DNA from: Alphaproteobacteria bacterium
GTDB taxonomy: Bacteria > Pseudomonadota > Alphaproteobacteria > UBA2136 > UBA6156
Length of the DNA: 64,000 nucleotides
Direction: 5' to 3'
NCBI GenBank assembly: GCA_027483385.1
Contig: JAIXUT010000030.1
Span: 2,659-66,658 of the forward strand
The notes beneath the pieces are model-generated. The model did no database searches and had not been told where the DNA came from. It saw only the letters and a program-made list of their open reading frames with translations. Within the stretch, counting starts at the first letter, position 1. Every line of letters starts with the position of its first letter. The translations under genes and the position numbers were made by a program. Of the stretch, positions 18,078 through 27,854 are shown in pieces.

Positions 18078-19577
18078 CTAACGCTTCAGCAGCCCACCCA
18101 TAATCCCCCGCAGTAGCGCGCGCCCAGCTTGGCTGGCGGCCGTGCGTACCACCTGCTTGGCCGCCGTTTCAATCAGCCCTTGGCGGCGGCCCGAGCCTAA
18201 CAACATATCCTTGGCCATGCCGCCCAACAGGCTGCCCTCGGCCTTGGCTGGCTGGGCGCCACCTTGCGGGGCCCCGCTGGCCATTTTCTCGATGCGCGCG
18301 GCCAGAATTTCCGCCGCACTTTCGCGGTTTTGCGCTTGCGAATATTTCATTTGGAAGGGGCTTTGGTTGATGAGGCTTTGGCGTTCTTGCGCGGTGATTG
18401 GCCCCACGCGGGAAGCGGGTGGCAGCATGGCGGTTTTTTGCACGGGGGTCGGGATGCCCTTGCCATCCAGCACACTTACCAACGCTTCTCCCACCCCCAA
18501 GGCAGGCAGCGCGTCTTCGGTTTTAAAGCTAGGGTTCGGCGCCATGGTGCGGGCGGCGATGGTGATATCCTTTTTCCCCTGCGGTGTGGCGGCGCGCAGC
18601 GCGTGCTGAATGCGGTTGCCCAGTTGTGCCAGTACGCTGTCGGGCACATCGGAGGGCTGCTGGGTACAGAAGTACACCCCAACCCCTTTGCTGCGAATCA
18701 GGCGCACCACCTGTTCCAGCTTTTCGAGCAACGGCTTGGGTGCGTCGGCAAACAGCAGGTGCGCTTCATCGAACATCAGGGCCAGTTTGGGCACGGGCAA
18801 GTCGCCCACTTCGGGCAGCTGCTCGTACAGTTCGGATAAAATAAACAGGAGCACGGTGGCGTAGGCGCGGGGCTGATTGATCAGGGTGGTGGCATCGAGC
18901 AGGTGGATGATTCCCTGGCCGTTCGGGGCGCGTTGCAGCAGGTCGGCCACTTGCAGGCTTGGTTCGCCAAACACGGTACTGAGGCCGTCTTGCTCGAGAG
19001 CGAGTAACGCCCGCTGAATGGTGGCCAGCGTGGCGGGCGCCACGTTGCCGTATTTGGCCGAAATGGCCTTGCTCTGTTCGCTGGTAAACGCCAGCAGCGC
19101 GCGGAGGTCGGGTAAATCCAGCAGCAACAGGCCTTCGTCGTCGGCCACCTGAAAGACCACCTGCAGCACCCCGGTTTGGGTGTCGTTGAGGTCGAGTAAT
19201 CGCGCCAATAGCTGCGGGCCGAGGTCGCTTAAGGTTAACCGAATCGGGTGCCCCCGACTTGTATCAGCGCCGCCAAACACATCCCACGGCACCACCGCGT
19301 TGGCGGCAGGCGTGTAGGTTAAATTGGCTTCAGTGTAGCGCTTGGTAATCCACTCCTTGGCGTCGCCAGGTTGGGAAATCCCCGCCAAGTCGCCCTTCAC
19401 GTCGGTAACAAAGACGCAACAACCCTGCTTGGCCAACTGTTCGGCCATCGCGTGCAGGCTCACGGTCTTGCCCGTGCCCGTGGCGCCGGCAATCAGGCCG
19501 TGGCGGTTGGCGCGGGTCAGTGGTAGTTCAACAGCGCCTGTGGCCGCCGTGCCGAGGTAAAGGAAGGAAGTATTCAT
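18078..19577 (-). CDS. DUF853-family NTPase (YjgR-like, HerA/VirB4-like AAA ATPase)
   Basis: Walker A GATGTGKT. Walker B LLLLD. N-terminal ANRHGLIAGATGTGKT is typical of the YjgR family. Confidence 0.8.
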   Translation of the reverse strand: MNTSFLYLGTAATGAVELPLTRANRHGLIAGATGTGKTVSLHAMAEQLAKQGCCVFVTDVKGDLAGISQPGDAKEWITKRYTEANLTYTPAANAVVPWDVFGGADTSRGHPIRLTLSDLGPQLLARLLDLNDTQTGVLQVVFQVADDEGLLLLDLPDLRALLAFTSEQSKAISAKYGNVAPATLATIQRALLALEQDGLSTVFGEPSLQVADLLQRAPNGQGIIHLLDATTLINQPRAYATVLLFILSELYEQLPEVGDLPVPKLALMFDEAHLLFADAPKPLLEKLEQVVRLIRSKGVGVYFCTQQPSDVPDSVLAQLGNRIQHALRAATPQGKKDITIAARTMAPNPSFKTEDALPALGVGEALVSVLDGKGIPTPVQKTAMLPPASRVGPITAQERQSLINQSPFQMKYSQAQNRESAAEILAARIEKMASGAPQGGAQPAKAEGSLLGGMAKDMLLGSGRRQGLIETAAKQVVRTAASQAGRALLRGIMGGLLKR

Positions 19578-19629
19578 GCAGGCAAGTTGGTACGTTGTGA
19601 AATTTTCGGCAACCCTTTAGGTTAAAAAA

Positions 19630-20862
19630 ATGCTCCATCCCCTCCGCGAATTTTTAAAGCACGAAACCGCCGCCAGCTATGTACTGTTGGCCGCCGCATT
19701 ATTAGCCCTGGCCGCCGCCAACAGCGCGCTGGCGCCGCACTGGGCTGCGCTGTGGGCCTTTACCCCACTTGAAAACACCAATTTACCACTCACCCTGCCC
19801 ACCACCCTGCAGGCGTGGGTGAAAGACGCCTTGATGGCGGTGTTCTTTTTTGTGGTGGGGCTGGAAATGAAGCGCGAACTGGTGAGTGGGCATTTGCGGG
19901 ATAGGCAAGTGGCCAAGTTGCCCCTGATTGCCGCGCTGGGCGGAATGCTGCTGCCGGCCTTTATCTTTTTGGCGGTTACTTGGGGGCAGCCCACCGATGC
20001 GGTGCGCGGCTGGGCGATCCCCTGTGCCACCGATATTGCCTTTGCGCTAGGAATACTTGGACTGCTTGGCCCAAAATTTGTACCCGCACCCGTAAAAGTT
20101 CTGCTGCTCGCAATTGCGATTTTTGATGACCTGGGCGCGATGGTGATTATTGCGCTGTTCTATTCGGGCGGCGAGGGTGGGGGGCTTTCGCCTCTCCATT
20201 TGTTACTCGCGATTGGCGCCTGGGCCACCTTTGCGGGGGTGGTGCACGATAAAAATTTTCACAAAGGCTGGTTGGCCGCGGTGCCGCTGCTGCTGGCGTT
20301 GGTGCTCTGGCTGGCGTTGCTGCCAAGCGGCCTGCACCCGACCATTGGGGCCGTGGCGCTGGCAGCCGTTATCCCCACTAAAAAGTTGTTACCCAAGCTA
20401 GAACACATGCTGCACCCGTGGGTCGCATTTGGGATTATGCCGCTGTTTGCGCTTTCGGCGGCGGGCGTAAATTTTTCGGCGGTCTCGGGCAGCTTGGGCA
20501 GCAACCCAGCCACCTTCACAGTGCTGCTGGGTGTGGCCTTGGGGCTGTTGGTGGGCAAACCGCTGGGGATTTACGGCGCAGTCTGGCTGTGTGAACGCAC
20601 GGGCCTGGCCAAGCGCCCGGTGGGCGTGACCTGGCGGCATGTGTGGGGCCTCGGCGCGATTGCTGGGATAGGCTTTACCATGAGCCTGTTTGTGAGCAAG
20701 CTGGCCTATGAAGCGGTGCACCCCGAACTGCTGGCCGCCGCCAAAGCGGGGGTGCTGGGCGGCAGTGTGCTGGCGGCAGCGTTAGGGGCGTGGGTTCTGA
20801 CGCGTGGCGCTGGGGCGTCATTGCGAGGAGAACCCATGCAACGGGGCAAGCCAAAGAAATAA
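19630..20862 (+). CDS. nhaA: Na+/H+ antiporter NhaA
   Basis: 410 aa with NhaA topology and conserved DD in AIFDDLGAMVIIA. C-terminal tail of about 25 aa. Confidence 0.9.
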   Translation: MLHPLREFLKHETAASYVLLAAALLALAAANSALAPHWAALWAFTPLENTNLPLTLPTTLQAWVKDALMAVFFFVVGLEMKRELVSGHLRDRQVAKLPLIAALGGMLLPAFIFLAVTWGQPTDAVRGWAIPCATDIAFALGILGLLGPKFVPAPVKVLLLAIAIFDDLGAMVIIALFYSGGEGGGLSPLHLLLAIGAWATFAGVVHDKNFHKGWLAAVPLLLALVLWLALLPSGLHPTIGAVALAAVIPTKKLLPKLEHMLHPWVAFGIMPLFALSAAGVNFSAVSGSLGSNPATFTVLLGVALGLLVGKPLGIYGAVWLCERTGLAKRPVGVTWRHVWGLGAIAGIGFTMSLFVSKLAYEAVHPELLAAAKAGVLGGSVLAAALGAWVLTRGAGASLRGEPMQRGKPKK

Positions 20863-20898
20863 ATCGACGCGGCAATCTCCATCGGGTAAGCCTTTAAA

Positions 20899-21738
20899 AT
20901 GCTAAGCTACCAACACGCCTACCACGCAGGCAACCCGGCCGATGTGCTTAAGCACGCGCTCTGGGCTGAAATACTTTATGCCTTGGTACAAAAACCAAAA
21001 CCATTAAATATTCACGAAACCCATGCGGGGCGCGGAGCCTACCCACTGGAAACGCCCGAAACCCAGCGCGGCGCCGAATGGCAACAGGGTCTGGGTGCAT
21101 TAAAACTTCATACCCTGCAAGGTGCCTATGCCGAGGTACTGCGAGCACTGAACCCCACGGGCAAGTTGCAGGTCATTCCGGGCAGCCCCGCTGTGGCCGC
21201 GCACCTGTTGCGCGCCACCGACCACTTGCATGCGTGTGAACTGCACCCGACCGAACGGGCCAAGCTGCACAGCTGGGCACGTGGCAGGGAAAATATTCAT
21301 TGCCACGACGAAAACGGCTGGGTGCAAACATCTGCCTTAATAAAAGCGGGCGCCCGCGATGTGGTGCTGCTCGACCCGAGCTACGAGCTGCTGGAAGAAT
21401 ACGCCTTAACAGTTTCAACCGTGCAAAAAATTCTGCAAAAAAACCCCGCCGCCTGTGTGGTGGTGTGGGTGCCGATACTGGCCACGGGCAAAGGCAAGGG
21501 GCAGCATCAGCAGGTGATTGATGGCCTGAAGGCCCTGCAAGTTCAGGCCAGCTATTTGGCGCAATGGAAATGGGCCGAGCGCTTTGCTGGTTTTGCGCTG
21601 CAGGGCTCGGCACTGGTGGTGTTAAACCTACCCTTTAAACTGGAAGCCACGCTGCCCGCGTTGCTGGAAAGCTATGCCGCGGCCCTCAAGTTGCCGCGCA
21701 GTACGCAAACCTATACGCTGCTGGTGGCGCGGAAGTAG
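20899..21738 (+). CDS. rlmJ: 23S rRNA (adenine2030-N6)-methyltransferase RlmJ
   Basis: MLSYQHAYHAGNPADVLKH is the RlmJ N-terminal signature. Confidence 0.85.
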   Translation: MLSYQHAYHAGNPADVLKHALWAEILYALVQKPKPLNIHETHAGRGAYPLETPETQRGAEWQQGLGALKLHTLQGAYAEVLRALNPTGKLQVIPGSPAVAAHLLRATDHLHACELHPTERAKLHSWARGRENIHCHDENGWVQTSALIKAGARDVVLLDPSYELLEEYALTVSTVQKILQKNPAACVVVWVPILATGKGKGQHQQVIDGLKALQVQASYLAQWKWAERFAGFALQGSALVVLNLPFKLEATLPALLESYAAALKLPRSTQTYTLLVARK

Positions 21739-21835
21739 CGACTTGTAAAATATATACAACCTGTTTATAAAGTATTTTAGAGGCTAAAGCATTCGTGGCC
21801 TTGGGCCACCTTTAGTTTTTATCAGGAGACTTTCC

Positions 21836-22246
21836 ATGAAACAAACGCTGCGCCCCTTCGTGCTGGCCTGCGGCTTGCTGGCGTTCACCAATTTGGCGAG
21901 CGGCCAAACCCGCAGCCCAACAGCAGGCGAACGACTGCTACCCGTGATTGAGGAAATGCTGAAGGTCGCGCGAGCCAACTTTCAGCAAGCGGAAAGTGAG
22001 CTTGCAAGACTTGAAAGATCGCTCAACTCTTGCGACGCCAACCTTTATGTTCAGTATCGACTAAGTCTGCCAATGGCGGCCATGTTGATAGAGTTTGCAG
22101 GATCTATGGTGGTTCAGGCAGATAAACTCAGCCAAAGCGTTTCGCAGCGACCGCTACCGCCCGAAGTCTATGATGAGTTTGTACCCAAGCTAGGTCGGAT
22201 GACGAGTTCTATCCAGGGTCTTGCCATGAAGGCAAAAGCTTGTTGA
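21836..22246 (+). CDS. secreted protein of unknown function, low-GC gene
   Basis: RBS caggaga. Signal peptide MKQTLRPFVLACGLLAFTNLASG. Local GC is visibly lower than the surrounding DNA. Confidence 0.5.
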   Translation: MKQTLRPFVLACGLLAFTNLASGQTRSPTAGERLLPVIEEMLKVARANFQQAESELARLERSLNSCDANLYVQYRLSLPMAAMLIEFAGSMVVQADKLSQSVSQRPLPPEVYDEFVPKLGRMTSSIQGLAMKAKAC

Positions 22247-22331
22247 ATTCCAATACAACAACAATGCCCCTTAGCCTTCATTGGCTTTGGGGTACTCTTG
22301 CGTTTTTATACATCTGCCGTAGGGTGCGCCT

Positions 22332-23327
22332 ATGACTCCCCGCACCTTTCAATTCCTTGCCTTCGCCACACTCGCGATGACCATTCTGCTCATTATTGTT
22401 GGCGGCGCCACCCGCGTGTACGACGCGGGCATGGCCTGCCCCGATTGGCCCCATTGCTACAGCCTGTGGTGGCCCTGGCCCGAAAGCCGCGTGATTGCGG
22501 CCGGGCACCTGGAAGGCTACATGGTGAACGGCCAACATTACACCTGGTGGCAGGTGCTGCTGGAATGGGGCCACCGTGGGCTGGCAGCCATTGTAGGCTT
22601 TGGCCTGATTGGTCTGTTAATCGGGAGCCTGTGGCAGGATAAAAAAATCAATGCGCCATTAATCTTGGCAACACTGCTACTCATCATCCAAATTAAACTG
22701 GGCGCGATGACCGTATGGTTCAGCAACCTACACTGGACGGTGATTTTACACTTGGGCAACGCGATGCTCTTTACCATGGCGCTGTGCTGGCTGTGGTGGC
22801 GTACCCGGGTGCCTTCGCCAAACCAACCTGCCAAGATTTCGCCACTGCTCTGGGGGCTAGCAATTTTAGGCCCAGCACTGGTGTGGCTGACGATGCTGAT
22901 TGGCGCAGCAGTTAGCTCCACACACAGCGGCGGGGTATGTGGGGGTCTGTTTTCCTGCGCAGGAGTGTGGTGGCCTTCGCCGCAAGTGGATGTGGGCCAG
23001 CACCTACATATGCAGCACCGCCTGTTTGCCCTGCTGACCTTTGCCCATTCGGTGGCGCTGCTTGTTGTTGCCAAACGCAGCGGCATTTTGGCAGTCCGTC
23101 GCGCCGCATTGGCGTTGCATGGCATGATTTTAGGCCAGGTGGTGCTGGGCATTTTAACGCTGTACAGCTTTGCCAGTTACCCAGGGCTTTACTACCCGCT
23201 TTCCATCGCCCACCTTGGTTGGGGCACGCTGACTCTGCTGGCTGCTTTGCTGGTACCGCTGCACTTAAAGGCGGCAACGGGAGTTGATAATCGTGCAGCC
23301 GCAAAGCCCAAACCAGCCAAGCGCTAG
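22332..23327 (+). CDS. ctaA: heme A synthase (CtaA/COX15)
   Basis: CPDWPHC motif and polytopic membrane topology. Confidence 0.85.
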   Translation: MTPRTFQFLAFATLAMTILLIIVGGATRVYDAGMACPDWPHCYSLWWPWPESRVIAAGHLEGYMVNGQHYTWWQVLLEWGHRGLAAIVGFGLIGLLIGSLWQDKKINAPLILATLLLIIQIKLGAMTVWFSNLHWTVILHLGNAMLFTMALCWLWWRTRVPSPNQPAKISPLLWGLAILGPALVWLTMLIGAAVSSTHSGGVCGGLFSCAGVWWPSPQVDVGQHLHMQHRLFALLTFAHSVALLVVAKRSGILAVRRAALALHGMILGQVVLGILTLYSFASYPGLYYPLSIAHLGWGTLTLLAALLVPLHLKAATGVDNRAAAKPKPAKR

Positions 23328-23340
23328 CGTGGTTCAAGCG

Positions 23341-24246
23341 ATGCTCATGCCCGCCGCCGTGCCCTTATGGCGCGACTTGCTGGCGCTGGCCAAGCCGCGG
23401 ATTATTCTGTTGCTCGGCATCACGTGCCTGTGCGGTGGGCTGGTGGCCGTGAAGGGCAATGTGGACGTGCTGACCCTGCAGCTGGGGAATATTTTGCTCG
23501 GGACTTTCGGCCTATGTGTGGCCGCCGCCGGCGCCAACAGTGTGAATATGGCCTGGGACCGCGATATCGACCCCCTGATGCAACGCACCGCCAACCGCCC
23601 GTTGCCCCAAGGCCGCTTGGGCCACCGCTTTGTGTACCTGTGGGGCAGTTTGCTGATTGCGCTCGGCACCCTGCTGGCGGCCACGGCACACCCATGGGCG
23701 GGCCTGATGAACCTGGCAGGCGCGTTGTTCTATGTGCTCATTTACACCATGCTACTCAAGCGCCATACGGTGCAGAATATTGTGATTGGTGGCGCGGCCG
23801 GCGCCTTCCCACCCTTGGTGGGCTGGGCAGCCGTGCAGGGCGATATAACGCACCCGCTGCCCTGGCTGATGTTTGCAATTATCTTTTTCTGGACGCCGCC
23901 GCACTTCTGGGCGCTGGCGTTGTTCATGAACGCCGATTACACCAAGGCAAAAATCCCCATGTACCCGGTGGTGCATGGGGCAGCGGCCACGCGCATGATG
24001 ATTGTGCGGTACTTGCTGGTGCTGATTCCAGTCACCATGCTGGGTGGGCTGTATGCGCCGCTTGGCTGGCTTTACAGCGTTTCCGCATTGGGCTTGGGGC
24101 TGTGGTGGGGTCTCGCCGCGTGGCAATTGCTGCAGGCAACCGAAGACCCAGCACAGCAAGACACCCTGGCCCGTTTAACCTTCCGCCGCAGCCTGTATTA
24201 TTTGGCGTGGTTGTTTGCCGCGATGGTGGTGGATAGTTTTATTTAG
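23341..24246 (+). CDS. ctaB: protoheme IX farnesyltransferase (heme O synthase)
   Basis: UbiA-family motifs NxxxDxxxD (MAWDRDIDPLMQRTANRP). Start moved to the Met 15 aa before KPRIILLLG. Confidence 0.9.
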   Translation: MLMPAAVPLWRDLLALAKPRIILLLGITCLCGGLVAVKGNVDVLTLQLGNILLGTFGLCVAAAGANSVNMAWDRDIDPLMQRTANRPLPQGRLGHRFVYLWGSLLIALGTLLAATAHPWAGLMNLAGALFYVLIYTMLLKRHTVQNIVIGGAAGAFPPLVGWAAVQGDITHPLPWLMFAIIFFWTPPHFWALALFMNADYTKAKIPMYPVVHGAAATRMMIVRYLLVLIPVTMLGGLYAPLGWLYSVSALGLGLWWGLAAWQLLQATEDPAQQDTLARLTFRRSLYYLAWLFAAMVVDSFI

Positions 24247-24279
24247 CCCGCCAGATAAATTACCCATAATAAATAAAAA

Positions 24280-24304
24280 GGCCAGCAGCGCTGGCCTTTT
24301 TATT
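24280..24304. terminator. bidirectional rho-independent terminator after ctaB
   Basis: ggccagcagcgctggcc followed by tttttatt. Confidence 0.6.
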
Positions 24305-24371
24305 AAACCATTAACCACGTGGATGACACCGTTGGATTGCTGCAGGTCGGCAGCAGTCACGGTCACGCTGC

Positions 24372-26936
24372 TTAATTTTGCGGGGTCAGCACGTAGCTAC
24401 GGCCACCGGCTTTAAATTCGGCCATATCCGATGACACGCTGGTCAGTTCCCAGCCGTCGATACTTTCGCCTAACATTAATACGCCCTCTTGGCCATTGGC
24501 GGTGGCAATCAGCCCACGACCTGGGACAAAGCTTAAGACTTCTAAGCTTGGGAATTCGGTGGCCGCCATCCGTGGACGCAAGCCTTGAGGGACCTTCACG
24601 CGGGGTTCATCTTGCGGAAACAACTCGGCGGCAAATTCGTTGAGTTGCCGAATCCGTGGGGCTTCCTGCATTTGGGGTTCAGCCACAATTGGCAGGCCGC
24701 GCGGGTTGTTGGTGTAAAGCTCATTGGGCGGTGGCAGGGCGGCGCTGCTGGCTTGGCCAGCGGCTTCGCCACGGGTGGCAGGCGGGGGCAACAGGGCGCC
24801 TTCGGGTAGGGCGGCAGCTTGCGGATTTTTGCCATCCATGAAGGCTTCGGGATCGCGTAAAAATTCACGCGGTTTGGGGGCGGTGGTGGGCGTACCTTCA
24901 GCCAGCAGGCGGCGGTATTCGGCCAGCTCGGCATCGGATTGTTCCTTAGTGAGAGGCGTACTTGGCACGGCGGCCGTGGCGGTGGATTCAACTGTGACCG
25001 AGGTCTTGCCTTCACGCTCGGCGCGGGCGGCTGCCACCTCGCGCTGCAGCCGCGCAAATAACGAAATGTCATCAGGCATCGCTTCTGAGCCTTGCGCCAT
25101 AATCGGGGCGTTAGGGTCGGCAGCCGGTGGGGCAAATTCAATTTGCGCGTTACCGGTGGGCCCAAAACCGTTCGCAATTTGGGTTGGCGGTGGGAGCAAG
25201 CCCTGCCCGTTTTCGGTGGCGGGCAAGACGGTGGCTCGTGGTTGCGTCAGGCGGGCGATTTGTTGGCTGGCGGCATCGAGGCCGCCTGGTGCCGTGGTAC
25301 GGTTCCAAACCAAAACCCCCACCCCCACCAGTGCCACCAACGCCACGGCACTGCCAAGCCAGCTTTTGCCTGGGCGCCCTGCGTTCATCAGCTGAACGCG
25401 ACTCGGCCGCCCTTCGGGCAAGGTGGGCGGTGGTACGCGCATCCCGGCCGCGGTTGGCGCTTCAAAGCCGCTCGGCAATGGCCCCAAAGCAGCCGGGGTG
25501 GCAGCGCCTGCAACTGGCTTGAAAATATCGGGCGGCGGCGTGGGGGCGGCAGGTTCTACGTCCCAGCCGCTTTGGCTGTTGGGTAAAGCCGCCAGTGGGC
25601 CACTTGGCGTGTGGGCCAAGGGCGCTGTGGCCAGCGTAAAGCTGGGCAAGTCAAAAGGAGCAGGCGAGCCGGCAGTCGGCGGGGCGCTCGCCATAAAATC
25701 TTGCGGCATCGCTTCTTCAGCAACCGCCATACTGCTGGGCACGGCACTGGTCAGACTATCGGCGGCAGGCCCGGCGATAATCCCGCTGGCAATTAACTCT
25801 TCATCCACCTTATCGAGCGGGCGCGTGTCAACGGGGATTTCAGGCGCCAGATTTAACGCCGCAGGCACCACTGCCTGGGCCCCTGCAAGAGCGGGCACAA
25901 TGGTGGCCGCGGCAAAATCCCGCACCGTGGTTTTGCGCGTGGCCTTGGCGGTAAGGGGAGCAAAGGCAGCGGGTGTAGCGGCGGTGGCGGCGGTGGCGGC
26001 AAAGTCGGCCACGGCTGGGGCAGCAGGTTCTGGTGCAGGAATACCAACAGGTGCAGCAGCGACATCTTCGCGCACTGCAGCAGGCGGCAAAGGTGCCGCC
26101 ACTTGCTTGGGCCGAGGTGGCAGCGGCTGGCTTGGCCCTTTGGGCACGCGGCGCCGCAGCGGGTTATCGGCCGGGCGCGAGGCCACCGCCCCAACTTGCC
26201 CTGCCTGCGTTGCCGCAAACGGGTTATCGTTCAAAAAATCGGTCGGGCCTTGCGCCACAGCTGCGGGTTCGGCAGGGGCCTCGGGCGCAGCCATGTTCAC
26301 AATGGTTTCAGCTTCAGTGGCTGGCGGCGTGGTTTCGCTTGGGGGCGTTGGCGGTTCTGCGGCAATAGCAGCGGCAAGGGGCTGCACGGCAGCGGGTTCA
26401 GTGGTTGGTACCGAAGCAGGTTCGGCAGGCACTAAGGCAGCGGGTGCCAAAACAGCAGGCGCCATGGGGGCAGTAGCAACTGCTGGCTCTGGAATGGCCA
26501 CAGCAGGGGCAGCAAAGGAATCTTCCAACACCCGCCGGGCTGCGGTGGGTGGGGCGGTAAAGCCTGCGTCTACGCTGCTGGGCGCAGGCGCTTCAGGTGC
26601 TACCACTGCTGCTGCGGCAAGCGGCATTGGCGCTGCAGCTGGGGCTGTCACCACAGGTGCGGAGAACACCGGCGCATCCTGGAGCTGAACGGGCTGCGCA
26701 ACGTCCATCGGCGCTGCTGGAGCTGAAACTTGTAGCTTGGGTTCAGGGGCCGCGACCACCACTTGCATGGCGGCTGCGAGGGCCGCGGCCTGTTCGGCGG
26801 CGGCGGAAAGGACTGGCGCTGCAGGCGGCGTAGTAACAGAATTATTTGGCGCAGTTTCCGCTTTGGTGGGCACGCTGGCAGGCGCGGCGGGGCTGGCCCC
26901 TGTAAGGCGCGAAGGCAGTGTGCGGCGTAAAACCAT
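24372..26936 (-). CDS. large (854 aa) Pro/Ala-rich low-complexity protein with one membrane helix and a C-terminal periplasmic domain
   Basis: The longest ORF in a region that otherwise has no coding. Single TM helix SWLGSAVALVALVGVGVLVW at about residue 520. A structured C-terminal region of about 300 aa ends LEVLSFVPGRGLIATANGQEGVLMLGESIDGWELTSV...SYVLTPQN. The plus-strand ORF 25423..26688 is antisense to it. Confidence 0.55.
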   Translation of the reverse strand: MVLRRTLPSRLTGASPAAPASVPTKAETAPNNSVTTPPAAPVLSAAAEQAAALAAAMQVVVAAPEPKLQVSAPAAPMDVAQPVQLQDAPVFSAPVVTAPAAAPMPLAAAAVVAPEAPAPSSVDAGFTAPPTAARRVLEDSFAAPAVAIPEPAVATAPMAPAVLAPAALVPAEPASVPTTEPAAVQPLAAAIAAEPPTPPSETTPPATEAETIVNMAAPEAPAEPAAVAQGPTDFLNDNPFAATQAGQVGAVASRPADNPLRRRVPKGPSQPLPPRPKQVAAPLPPAAVREDVAAAPVGIPAPEPAAPAVADFAATAATAATPAAFAPLTAKATRKTTVRDFAAATIVPALAGAQAVVPAALNLAPEIPVDTRPLDKVDEELIASGIIAGPAADSLTSAVPSSMAVAEEAMPQDFMASAPPTAGSPAPFDLPSFTLATAPLAHTPSGPLAALPNSQSGWDVEPAAPTPPPDIFKPVAGAATPAALGPLPSGFEAPTAAGMRVPPPTLPEGRPSRVQLMNAGRPGKSWLGSAVALVALVGVGVLVWNRTTAPGGLDAASQQIARLTQPRATVLPATENGQGLLPPPTQIANGFGPTGNAQIEFAPPAADPNAPIMAQGSEAMPDDISLFARLQREVAAARAEREGKTSVTVESTATAAVPSTPLTKEQSDAELAEYRRLLAEGTPTTAPKPREFLRDPEAFMDGKNPQAAALPEGALLPPPATRGEAAGQASSAALPPPNELYTNNPRGLPIVAEPQMQEAPRIRQLNEFAAELFPQDEPRVKVPQGLRPRMAATEFPSLEVLSFVPGRGLIATANGQEGVLMLGESIDGWELTSVSSDMAEFKAGGRSYVLTPQN

Positions 26937-27068
26937 GGTACTTTAGCCTAAATCGCGCAGGCCGCTAAAGCAAAAGGCTTGCCTAGCAATTACGCGCAAG
27001 CGTGCAGTTTTTTTTATAATTTTTTTCGGGCTTGCCCGCGCCTGATGGTTGGGTTTAGGGTGGCACCC

Positions 27069-27854
27069 ATGTTGGCGCTGGAAATTTCTGATCTTAAAAA
27101 AACCTATGCCAGCGGCACCGTGGCACTGGCGGGTGTGGATTTAAAAATCCCCGCCGGTGGGTTCTATGCGCTGCTGGGGCCCAACGGTGCTGGCAAAACG
27201 ACGCTCATCGGGATAGTCATGGGGTTGGTGGAAAAAAGCGGTGGCAGCGTGAAGGTGTTTGGTACCGACGCCACTGCCCACCCACAAGCCGCCAAAGCGA
27301 TGTTGGGGATTGTGCCGCAGGAAGTAAATTTTAACCCTTTCGAGCGCTGCCTGGATATTGTGATTAACCAGGCAGGATATTACGGCATTCCGCGCCGCAC
27401 GGCTCTGCCACGCGCCAAAGCCTTGCTGGAAAGTTTGGGCCTTGGGGCCAAGCTCGACCAGCCCGCCCGTACCCTTTCGGGCGGCATGAAGCGGCGCTTG
27501 CTGATTGCCCGCGCGTTGGTGCAGCGGCCCAAACTGCTGATTTTGGACGAACCGACCGCCGGGGTGGACGTTGAACTGCGCCGCAGCATGTGGGATTTTT
27601 TGCAAACGCTGGTGGCCGAGGGAATGACGATTTTACTGACCACCCATTACCTGGAAGAAGCCGAAGCACTGTGTAAAAATGTGGCGATTATCAATCAGGG
27701 CAAGGTTATTCGCCAAGGCCAGATGGCTGATGTTCTCGCCATTTCAAAAACCAACCCGCACGATAAAAATTTTAAGGGTGGGCGGCTCGAGGAAGTCTAT
27801 TTGCAGCTGACGGCCAGTGACACCCCAAACCAAAGTTTACGAGGTGTCGCATGA
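27069..27854 (+). CDS. ABC transporter ATP-binding protein (ABC-2 exporter, YadG/NodI-like)
   Basis: Walker A GPNGAGKTT. ABC signature LSGGMKRR. Walker B LLILDEPT. Confidence 0.9.
   Translation: MLALEISDLKKTYASGTVALAGVDLKIPAGGFYALLGPNGAGKTTLIGIVMGLVEKSGGSVKVFGTDATAHPQAAKAMLGIVPQEVNFNPFERCLDIVINQAGYYGIPRRTALPRAKALLESLGLGAKLDQPARTLSGGMKRRLLIARALVQRPKLLILDEPTAGVDVELRRSMWDFLQTLVAEGMTILLTTHYLEEAEALCKNVAIINQGKVIRQGQMADVLAISKTNPHDKNFKGGRLEEVYLQLTASDTPNQSLRGVA

Noticed and set aside
24308-24319. Solo GGATGACACC terminus counted as a full MITE copy
   Set aside because: Only a 10-12 nt match with no partner arm. It is kept as a side note under the repeat-family finding rather than as a feature.
25423-26688. 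421-aa Ala/Gly-rich plus-strand ORF
   Set aside because: Antisense to the longer 854-aa minus-strand ORF. It has no start context and its composition is typical of the reverse frame of Pro/Ala-rich coding DNA.
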